Below are positions 57,087 to 64,000 of a stretch of 64,000 nucleotides of DNA, one piece after another. Every line of letters starts with the position of its first letter. Position 1 is the stretch's first letter. The DNA is taken from positions 62,001 to 126,000 of IMG/VR virus record IMGVR_UViG_3300042502_001233. One strand, written 5' to 3'. Both the position numbers and the translations under genes were made by a program. The notes under the pieces are model-generated. The model was not told the origin of the DNA. It saw only the letters and a list, made by a program, of their open reading frames with translations, and made no database searches.

Positions 57087-58520
57087 TTATTCTTCTGTTA
57101 ATTTTATTGAATTAAGCATATCCGTACTCAATATATTAGTTCGAGCACCCATAACCTCATTAATTCTTTTTTGACTAAATTCTGCTTTGTCTTGTTTGTG
57201 TTCACTATTGGTTCTAGCTCCTTTGCTATCCCCCATATCAATTTGAATACTAGCGTTATCAAATCTGATATCTGTAAAAACAACACCATCTTTACCAAAA
57301 CGAGATTTAAGAATAGCCATAGTCGCTGTTCCGTCCTCTTTTTGGTCTAGTGTTTTGGCGATTGACACAATAAAGTGACCAATTTGCCCTTTTTTAATAG
57401 AACCACCCATTTGATTAGCATGTACTACGTCAGCACCAATAGATGTTCTATTACCTTGTACTGCGGTCCAACCAGCGATATCTAGCTCTGACAACAAACT
57501 TTCGTACTGTCTCATTACACTACCTTCTCCAGCGTTTATATCATCAAATTTTCTTGATGGTTCAACACAATCAATATAGTCCAACAACACCATATCTGGT
57601 TTAAAACCTTGTGCTGTTAATTTTCTGATGTATTGTCTAATCACTGGCATAGTTGTACCATCACTTGAAAACTTTTTAAGTTTTAACCCACCTTTTTTAG
57701 CTTTGATTTCAGCATCCATTTTGGCCGCCATTTCATAAATCTCTTCTTTGTGTAAAGACAAACTATTCAAGTCGTGGTTTGACCAACAAGATAAATGTTT
57801 TCTTTGAATTACCTTAGGGTTGTCTTCAAAAAAGATTTGTAAAACTTTATAACCCATGTTAACCGCTGTATTGGCTAATTTTGTCATCATGGTTGTCTTA
57901 CCAACACCAAACGGTGCTAATATAACACCTAATTCTGTTTTTGATAAACCACCATCCATAATTTCATCTAACCCTTTAATACCAGTTGGGATTGGTTTTC
58001 TGAAATCGTCTATAAGAACGTCTTTAATGTTGTCAAAGATATCCATACCATCATCTTTCATATCACCGTGTTCCAAAGCTTTACGAAGCTTTGACTCACA
58101 TTCGTGATAATCATTGATATCACCTCTATCAATGATTTTAGAAATCTCTTCGATTGTTTTCTTAACTTCTTTGTACTTACAAAAATTCATAGCGATTTCT
58201 TGTATTTTTAAAGAATCGTTTAAATCACTTTCTTCTATTTTTCTAAGTTGTCTACCAATTTGTTTAAGAACCATATCTGATTTAATTCCATCATATAATC
58301 TAATTTCTAAACTTGGTATATCTAGGTTAACTTCATCAATAGTTTTAGCATCTTTAATAGCTGCTACAATAGTTTTTAGAGCTGGGTCTTTAAAATAGTT
58401 TGGACTTACAATGTCCAAAATTGAATTAGCAAATTTTCTATCGCTAAGTATTTGCGCTATCAGCTTAATCTGATACGTATCCCCTAAATATGAAAAATCG
58501 CTCGTGTCTACTCTAATCAT
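57087..58520 (-). CDS. Replicative DNA helicase (DnaB/T4 gp41-like)
   Basis: APFGVGKTT Walker A, LLDYID Walker B, TAVQGNR, ILKSRFG; ATATTTATT at 58557-58566. Confidence 0.9.
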   Translation of the reverse strand: MIRVDTSDFSYLGDTYQIKLIAQILSDRKFANSILDIVSPNYFKDPALKTIVAAIKDAKTIDEVNLDIPSLEIRLYDGIKSDMVLKQIGRQLRKIEESDLNDSLKIQEIAMNFCKYKEVKKTIEEISKIIDRGDINDYHECESKLRKALEHGDMKDDGMDIFDNIKDVLIDDFRKPIPTGIKGLDEIMDGGLSKTELGVILAPFGVGKTTMMTKLANTAVNMGYKVLQIFFEDNPKVIQRKHLSCWSNHDLNSLSLHKEEIYEMAAKMDAEIKAKKGGLKLKKFSSDGTTMPVIRQYIRKLTAQGFKPDMVLLDYIDCVEPSRKFDDINAGEGSVMRQYESLLSELDIAGWTAVQGNRTSIGADVVHANQMGGSIKKGQIGHFIVSIAKTLDQKEDGTATMAILKSRFGKDGVVFTDIRFDNASIQIDMGDSKGARTNSEHKQDKAEFSQKRINEVMGARTNILSTDMLNSIKLTEE

Positions 58521-58584
58521 TTTTACCCTTATCTTATTTTTAAAAACTTTGTTATTAATAAATATGATAAAGTAGTATCAACTA

Positions 58585-59100
58585 CTACTTTATCAAAAAA
58601 TCTTTTTGAGATTTTTCCCAAACCTCTGTTTTACTGTCAATCGTGTATTTTTTTAAACTTAAATATTGTCTAATTTCACTCATAATCTCTGGAATTATTT
58701 CTCTAACATCAACCGCATATCTAATTTTTGGTTGAAACAGATTTCCACTGAATTCAGATTTAGCTACAGTACGTTCATCCACTTTAATTTCGAATTGGAA
58801 ATTGTCTTTCTTGTCAGAACCATTTCTAGCCGAATCTTCGTTTTGTAAGAAATAAGGATTGTAAGTATCCCATAAATAGGTTATTGATTTTCTCTTCAAG
58901 TGTCTTGGTATGATACCTTGAGAACTGTAATCACCATTATTTACACCAGTTATAGCGTTCATAAGGTCTTTTAATTCTATAGATTTTAATGAATCTTCAT
59001 TAAAATCATAGATGTTGAAGTAACGTTGACATATAATGTTTTCGTTAATGTAAAGTACGAATTGAAATCTCAATTCTTCATTTTTAATGTATTCACTCAT
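58585..59100 (-). CDS. Hypothetical protein
   Basis: 171-aa ORF in the replication operon. Confidence 0.75.
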   Translation of the reverse strand: MSEYIKNEELRFQFVLYINENIICQRYFNIYDFNEDSLKSIELKDLMNAITGVNNGDYSSQGIIPRHLKRKSITYLWDTYNPYFLQNEDSARNGSDKKDNFQFEIKVDERTVAKSEFSGNLFQPKIRYAVDVREIIPEIMSEIRQYLSLKKYTIDSKTEVWEKSQKDFLIK

Positions 59101-59104
59101 TTTT

Positions 59105-60157
59105 TTAAAATATTAAATTTTCTCTTTGTTTTAGTTGTTTAAATGGTGTTAGATAATCTTCATATCTGCTTTCACCAATAGTTATTCTTAACCCATCCTC
59201 GTTTATGTATTTGAATACTTTTTGGATATCTCTAACTGGTTCGTGTAACGTGCCTTCCATTAGATTATGTAATTCCTCGATACCGTCTTCGGTCATCATG
59301 GGTTGTTTTAGATTAACCAGAGCGTAGTTGATTTCGTAGATGTTTTCTCCTTGAACTCCATCAGTTACTCGGTTAATAATGTTGTCTAGTGCGACAAGCG
59401 GTTTCTGTTTTTTTGTTTTTCTTTGTTCTTGTAGTTGTTCTGCTTTTTCTAAAATTTCGGTTAAACTTACTTTTCTTTCACTCAATTCTGGAAATAGATT
59501 TACCAATGTTTTGGTTCCTACCCCTCGAATACCTTTTATACTATCAGCCGTATCACCAGTCATTAATTTGACCAACGCAGCATTTTCGTAATAATAACAA
59601 AAATACGAAGAAAAATTGGATTTATCAACATATTGTTTGAAATTTAAAAAATAAATTCTAACATTGTCGTCAATCAATTGAGCCATATCACTATCGTTCG
59701 TACAAATGGTTATTTTCTCGTTTTCTTTTTTGTTTAGGCAGTAATAAGCAATAAAATCATCACTTTCTATTATTTCGTGTTTTAATTGTCTAACATATAA
59801 CTCGTTTAGATACTCATAAGCGCGCTCTCTTTGCGATAATTCGGATTCATCGATAGGATGTGTCCCATTGATGTAATCTTTGCCTCTATCGCTCTTATAT
59901 GGATGATAAATTTCATATCTTAGTTTACCGCTAAAATTTCCATCCCAAAATACATAGACTCTATGGTATAAATCTTCAGTTAACAACATTCTAAGTGTTG
60001 TCATGAATTGAAATAAACCACCTATGTGTTGGCCGTGAATGTTGTAGGAGTCTTTGGCTCCGAAAAACCCTGTTTTAAACAGGGCGTTTCCGTCAACCAA
60101 TAGAGTATTTTGTGTTTTTTTAACTATTTCACCAGTTCTTGGTGGTCTTTTGTTCAT
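59105..60157 (-). CDS. 5'-3' exonuclease (PolA N-terminal / T4 RNase H-like flap nuclease)
   Basis: LLVDGNAL, WDG, YKSDR, ESDDFIA, DSDMAQL, GDTADSIKGIRGVGTKT (H3TH). Confidence 0.9.
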   Translation of the reverse strand: MNKRPPRTGEIVKKTQNTLLVDGNALFKTGFFGAKDSYNIHGQHIGGLFQFMTTLRMLLTEDLYHRVYVFWDGNFSGKLRYEIYHPYKSDRGKDYINGTHPIDESELSQRERAYEYLNELYVRQLKHEIIESDDFIAYYCLNKKENEKITICTNDSDMAQLIDDNVRIYFLNFKQYVDKSNFSSYFCYYYENAALVKLMTGDTADSIKGIRGVGTKTLVNLFPELSERKVSLTEILEKAEQLQEQRKTKKQKPLVALDNIINRVTDGVQGENIYEINYALVNLKQPMMTEDGIEELHNLMEGTLHEPVRDIQKVFKYINEDGLRITIGESRYEDYLTPFKQLKQRENLIF

Positions 60158-60180
60158 TATGAACTTTTTAAAGGTTAATA

Positions 60181-61290
60181 CTATTGTTTTTCGTAGGCAT
60201 CTGATTCTAGTTCAATTTCTTTAACTGCGAAATCTTCAAAAGTAGTACCTAACTTTTCGTTTATGAAATCTTTTTGAGATTTAACATAATCGTTCTTTTC
60301 AGCTGGATTAACAAATCCGTGTGGTGTAGAACAAATAGAACCCAATTGTTCTATTCCGTTAACGTGATTTTTAACACATTTTATGTCAGTCATAACACCG
60401 AATTGGTAATTTCTACCAGAGTTAACCGCTTCCAATTTTTTAGCTGATGATGTTGACATACCTCCCATGTGGAAAATCAATCTAACACCATATTTGAATC
60501 CTTCACCACCATTGTGCATTACAGTTGGTTGTCCAACAGCGTTTGGTCTTAACCAAATCTTTTGTACAGTAACAAATGTGTTAATGAACGGTGATGTCTC
60601 TCTTCTTGACGCTGGAATTCTAAAGTTAAGAATACTTTCAAAGCTTCTTTTCAATGCACCAGCTGTCCATTGGTTGTTGTTTGTGTTTGATACAGCGCCT
60701 TCGTAACATCCAATTGAACCAATTGAATCCCATACAAACGTGATGTTCATGTTTAGTTCACCTCTTGCTTGTTGGTCCATCAATTCATTCATGGCTCTAG
60801 CAATATCCTCAACAACTGGGATAAATCTTTGAGGTGATTGTGTCATTTTACCAGATTTGTAGTCGAAATTCGCATACATATCTACTAAATCTTGACCACC
60901 TAGATAAATAAAATCTTCGCCTTCGTAGTTGATAAGACCAGTTTCCTCGTCTACAGTTTCTTCATATTTGAAACCTACTAATCTAGCGTGTTCCCAGTTA
61001 AAACTACCTTCGGTGTCAAATATTACAATGTAATCACCTAGTAGTTGTGCACCAGCAATAGTTTCATAGATACTCGTTGATTTACCTACATCGGAGAACC
61101 CTCTAAATTGAGAGGTGTAACCTCTCGGAACTCCAGGCAATCCAACAGCATCATGAAAAGCTTTTTTGAAAGGAATCCAACTCATTTCTTTTTCTTTAAC
61201 GTTTTGTTTGCCTAATCCTAACGCGGCTTTGACAGACTTATTACTAAATGGTTTTTTTTCGATTGGTTTCTTTTCTGGTTTTTTACTCAT
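60181..61290 (-). CDS. RecA/UvsX-like recombinase
   Basis: GFSDVGKST Walker A, DTEGSF, VWDSIG Walker B, GGEGFKY, KNHV. Confidence 0.85.
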   Translation of the reverse strand: MSKKPEKKPIEKKPFSNKSVKAALGLGKQNVKEKEMSWIPFKKAFHDAVGLPGVPRGYTSQFRGFSDVGKSTSIYETIAGAQLLGDYIVIFDTEGSFNWEHARLVGFKYEETVDEETGLINYEGEDFIYLGGQDLVDMYANFDYKSGKMTQSPQRFIPVVEDIARAMNELMDQQARGELNMNITFVWDSIGSIGCYEGAVSNTNNNQWTAGALKRSFESILNFRIPASRRETSPFINTFVTVQKIWLRPNAVGQPTVMHNGGEGFKYGVRLIFHMGGMSTSSAKKLEAVNSGRNYQFGVMTDIKCVKNHVNGIEQLGSICSTPHGFVNPAEKNDYVKSQKDFINEKLGTTFEDFAVKEIELESDAYEKQ

Positions 61291-61326
61291 TTTTTTGTTT
61301 TATTTATAAAATTGTTATTTTAGAAC

Positions 61327-61356
61327 AAAAAAGAGCCAATTTCTCAGCTCTTTTTG
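61327..61356 (-). terminator. Rho-independent terminator after the SSB gene
   Basis: AAGAGC...GCTCTT stem with flanking A/T tracts. Confidence 0.65.
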
Positions 61357-61412
61357 TTTGTTTACCAGTTTAATATCTAGAAAGTTTAAAAAGGTAGAAT
61401 TATTTTACCGTT

Positions 61413-62309
61413 CTAAAAGGGCAAATCGTCTTCGTCTTCATCAGAGGTAACGCTAACTTCTTTAGCAACTGGTTCAGCTGCTTTCATAGTAGATTTTACG
61501 TTTTCCACACCCATAGTTAATTCAGACTCTAATTTTGCGTTCTCGTCAGCTTTAGCAGCGTCTTTAGCAACCCAACGTTTTTCGTCTTTGTCCCATACTG
61601 GTGTTTCACCTTTTACGATTAAATACAAGTAGTCGTAATTTCTAACAGAATATACGTCTTCCCATGTTCTTTCGTCAGAAGACCATTCAGCCATTTGTGC
61701 TGCGTTTTCTGACAGCGGACTTGAGTCCAAAGCTTGGATACCAGATACTACTGGAACGTCATTTTGATTTCTGTTAAGTGTGATTACTAAGTCACGACCA
61801 GTCTCTGGGTCTGTAATGTCTTTTTTCAAAGCACTCCATGCTGCAAAGATTTTGTCGTAAACTCCTTCTTTACGGAAATCGTGGTTAAATCTCCAGAATT
61901 TAACACCATCTGCTTCGTTGTCTCTGTCGATAACTTTAACAACATACATTAAACGTGCGTTAAATTTTTTAGCTAACTCTTTGTCAGAATCTTTTCCAGT
62001 CGCTTGTAATGCAGCTCTAGCTTCGCAGAAAGGACAGTCTTCACCTTTTTCATGTTTCAAACAAGGGTAAGTTTTCCATTCACCATCTACTAATACTTTA
62101 TGTGCATGCATTTCAACGAAAGGTGTTCCCCCATTGGTTGCTGGTAATATACGAATTGTTTTTGTACCAGTTTTAACTCCTTTTTCTAAAAAAGTGTTAA
62201 AGTAGTTTTTCAAATCGTAAGTTTTTGCTTCTGTTTTTTCGTACTTCGGAGCATTGTTCTTTTCGTACTGTGCCAACATTTCAGCTAAGGCATTTTTTTG
62301 TTCACTCAT
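61413..62309 (-). CDS. Single-stranded DNA-binding protein, T4 gp32-like
   Basis: IRILP, H.H...C...CPFCE zinc site, GRDLVI, acidic tail DEDEDDLPF. Confidence 0.85.
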   Translation of the reverse strand: MSEQKNALAEMLAQYEKNNAPKYEKTEAKTYDLKNYFNTFLEKGVKTGTKTIRILPATNGGTPFVEMHAHKVLVDGEWKTYPCLKHEKGEDCPFCEARAALQATGKDSDKELAKKFNARLMYVVKVIDRDNEADGVKFWRFNHDFRKEGVYDKIFAAWSALKKDITDPETGRDLVITLNRNQNDVPVVSGIQALDSSPLSENAAQMAEWSSDERTWEDVYSVRNYDYLYLIVKGETPVWDKDEKRWVAKDAAKADENAKLESELTMGVENVKSTMKAAEPVAKEVSVTSDEDEDDLPF

Positions 62310-62358
62310 TTTTAAAATTTATATATATTTACGTTATTTTCTTTGTTTGTAAGTTATG

Positions 62359-62453
62359 CAAATATACTAATTAAATTAACAAAAGTCAATATTTAAAATA
62401 GTATTTTTTTACTAATGATTTAAGTTTTTTTCAAAACTATTTTTACAAATATA
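62359..62453 (-). promoter_or_regulatory. Tandem Bacteroidota-type promoters upstream of the SSB gene
   Basis: TATATTTG at 62359-62366 and 62446-62453, each with a TTG-containing upstream element. Confidence 0.65.
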
Positions 62454-62502
62454 CGAATGTTTTTATCAAGTTGCAATATTTTTTATGAATATTTTTTAAA
62501 AT

Positions 62503-62528
62503 AAAAAAAGCCCCTATTAGGGGCTCTT
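62503..62528 (-). terminator. Rho-independent terminator
   Basis: AGCCCCTA-t-TAGGGGCT hairpin with minus-strand U-tract. Confidence 0.8.
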
Positions 62529-62544
62529 ATTATAATTTATTTGG

Positions 62545-63348
62545 TTAAATATCTTCTTCTTCATAATCGTCAGCATCAAAACTATTTCTTATTGACGAAT
62601 CACTGTAGGTTGAATCTATATCATCTTTTGTCAACACATATTCTTTTGGTTTGTCATCTTTACTCATTACATCATAAGCACCTTCTTTATCACTCCAATA
62701 ATCAGTTAACTTTTGAGAATATGGGTAAGAACTCAATGAACGCATTTCTAGTTTTTCAACTGGTGTTGGGTTTCTTTTGATTATTTCTTTTTCCAAACCA
62801 TCTATTTTAGCTGTAACCGCATCCATTCTACCTAATTTATTTTCCAAATCAGCTAATTTCTGCATCAATACTTGCGCTACTTTGCTAGATTCTTTTTCAG
62901 CGTTTTCAGCCGCTTCTTTTGCTTCTTCAGTTCCTTTTACAATTTGAGATACATCTATTTCAACAGAATCATCAGCTGGTTCTTCCATCGCTGGCTCGGC
63001 TGGTATGTCTTCAGCGCTTGGTTCTGCTGGTGCTTCATCACCACCAAAGCCAAAGTCTAAATCATCCTCAGCTGGTGTTTCATCTGCTGGCGCTTCTGCA
63101 TCTACTGGTGTTTCATCTGAAAGGCCAGTTTCCCCACCCATATCATTAACATCACCACCTTCAGCAGCATCTTGATTTGGGTCTGGAGCGTTAGGGTCTT
63201 CATCCGCTTCTTCCAAGTCAGTTCCTAGAATAAGTGGTTTTTCGTAATCAGACGTTTCTTTCTCAGTATAAAAACTATATTCATTCAACAGTCTGAATCT
63301 TTTAAGTTCTTCGTTAAGTAATTCAGGGTTTAACTTAGTTTTTTTCAT
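62545..63348 (-). CDS. Hypothetical acidic protein, possibly head-associated
   Basis: LLNEEL..F.LLNEY N-terminus, long D/E/P/A linker, coiled coil. Confidence 0.75.
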   Translation of the reverse strand: MKKTKLNPELLNEELKRFRLLNEYSFYTEKETSDYEKPLILGTDLEEADEDPNAPDPNQDAAEGGDVNDMGGETGLSDETPVDAEAPADETPAEDDLDFGFGGDEAPAEPSAEDIPAEPAMEEPADDSVEIDVSQIVKGTEEAKEAAENAEKESSKVAQVLMQKLADLENKLGRMDAVTAKIDGLEKEIIKRNPTPVEKLEMRSLSSYPYSQKLTDYWSDKEGAYDVMSKDDKPKEYVLTKDDIDSTYSDSSIRNSFDADDYEEEDI

Positions 63349-63548
63349 TAGAATAATAATTGTCTACCGTCTTCTGTTATAATTTTTTTGTTGATTCTTT
63401 CTAGAATACTTTTATCACCTTTGATTACACACACACCAGAGCTGCAATCTAAATTTGGGTCTTGGTTTTCAGTGTTAAGGAAACCTTTTAAAGCATCGTT
63501 AAGCTCATCAGATTTTTTTATTTGTTGTGTATTTTTTGATTGTTCCAT
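63348..63548 (-). CDS. Hypothetical protein
   Basis: TAATG-coupled; GATATTTATA at 63582-63591. Confidence 0.7.
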   Translation of the reverse strand: MEQSKNTQQIKKSDELNDALKGFLNTENQDPNLDCSSGVCVIKGDKSILERINKKIITEDGRQLLF

Positions 63549-63600
63549 AATTACTATTATTAAATATATTTTATGTTTTAATATAAATATCTAAAAATCA

Positions 63601-63999
63601 TTAAAAAACTCTGTTTATATTAAAAAGACATAGTTTATTATCGTTTATTAATATGAATTTATTCTGATATTCGGACCAATCTAGTTTAACGTTCTTATTA
63701 TCCATATTTCCTATTGAATCTGGGTATTTTTCTTCAATAAGTTTGTTCAACGCATTTATGGTATATAAAGCATTGCCTTTTTTGTGTATAATTACAGCGT
63801 TAGGAAATAAATTTTTAAGGTTTAATTGTTTACCATCCTCAATGGTTAACCTAAAAGTGATAATAACCTTTGATTCATCATCAAGGTTTTCGAAACAGAA
63901 AACTTTTTCTTTTTCGATGTTAAATTTGTTTTTTAAATAGCTAAGGAACCATTCAACCCTTTCAGGAAATATGAATGACGCTAGTAATATTGTTCTGTC
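63601..63999 (-). CDS. Hypothetical protein (5'-truncated; absent from ORF track)
   Basis: Open frame DRTILLASFIFPERVEWF...IIHKKGNALYTINALN...NRVF-stop. Confidence 0.7.
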   Translation of the reverse strand, partial: DRTILLASFIFPERVEWFLSYLKNKFNIEKEKVFCFENLDDESKVIITFRLTIEDGKQLNLKNLFPNAVIIHKKGNALYTINALNKLIEEKYPDSIGNMDNKNVKLDWSEYQNKFILINDNKLCLFNINRVF

Positions 64000-64000
64000 C

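Noticed and set aside
1713-63940. Numerous short plus-strand and alternate-frame ORFs in the track (e.g. 2912-3169, 3642-4166, 9596-10075, 22497-22886, 55447-55809)
   Set aside because: They lie wholly antisense to or out of frame within well-supported genes, lack motifs, and show the Phe/Leu/Ser-rich composition typical of shadow ORFs.
1-64000. Stop-codon reassignment (common in some large Bacteroidota phages)
   Set aside because: Long conserved genes are intact under the standard code. The breaks in sbcC, sbcD and nrdA end in TAA and are separated by whole inserted genes, so they are not read-through artefacts.
1-64000. CRISPR array or tRNA genes
   Set aside because: No regularly spaced direct repeats and no cloverleaf with T-loop/CCA were seen; intergenic gaps are mostly too short.

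Overview
AT-rich 64 kb segment of a large contractile-tailed (T4-like architecture) dsDNA phage, almost entirely coded on the minus strand with the standard genetic code. The host is probably Bacteroidota, inferred from repeated TAnnTTTG (-7) promoters, a Bacteroidota-type RpoD-like sigma factor, an Hc1-like protein and SprB-like repeats. Modules: accessory/host-takeover genes (DnaJ, DUF2828/TROVE-like protein followed by a structured non-coding region, RNase HII, Hc1-like protein, GH19 lysin, ArdC/metallopeptidase fusion, amidase-like protein, sigma factor; 1-17.5 kb); recombination/replication genes (SbcC, SbcD, PD-(D/E)xK nuclease, primase, RuvC-like; 17.5-27.7 kb); a tail/baseplate cluster ending in gp6- and gp25-like genes (27.7-52.3 kb); and nucleotide metabolism/replication genes (NrdA, NrdB, helicase, 5'-3' exonuclease, RecA-like, gp32-like SSB; 52.4-62.3 kb). 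The most striking feature is three core genes each broken in two around a free-standing endonuclease. nrdA uses a canonical split intein placed at the catalytic Cys. sbcC uses an atypical split intein (29-aa N part, 125-aa C part) placed inside Walker A. sbcD is split with no recognisable intein, and its halves carry oppositely charged terminal peptides. In all three the endonuclease has the same ATTTAT-type upstream motif and the C-terminal half abuts or overlaps the inserted ORF(s). All calls come from motif reading only; no database searches were run.
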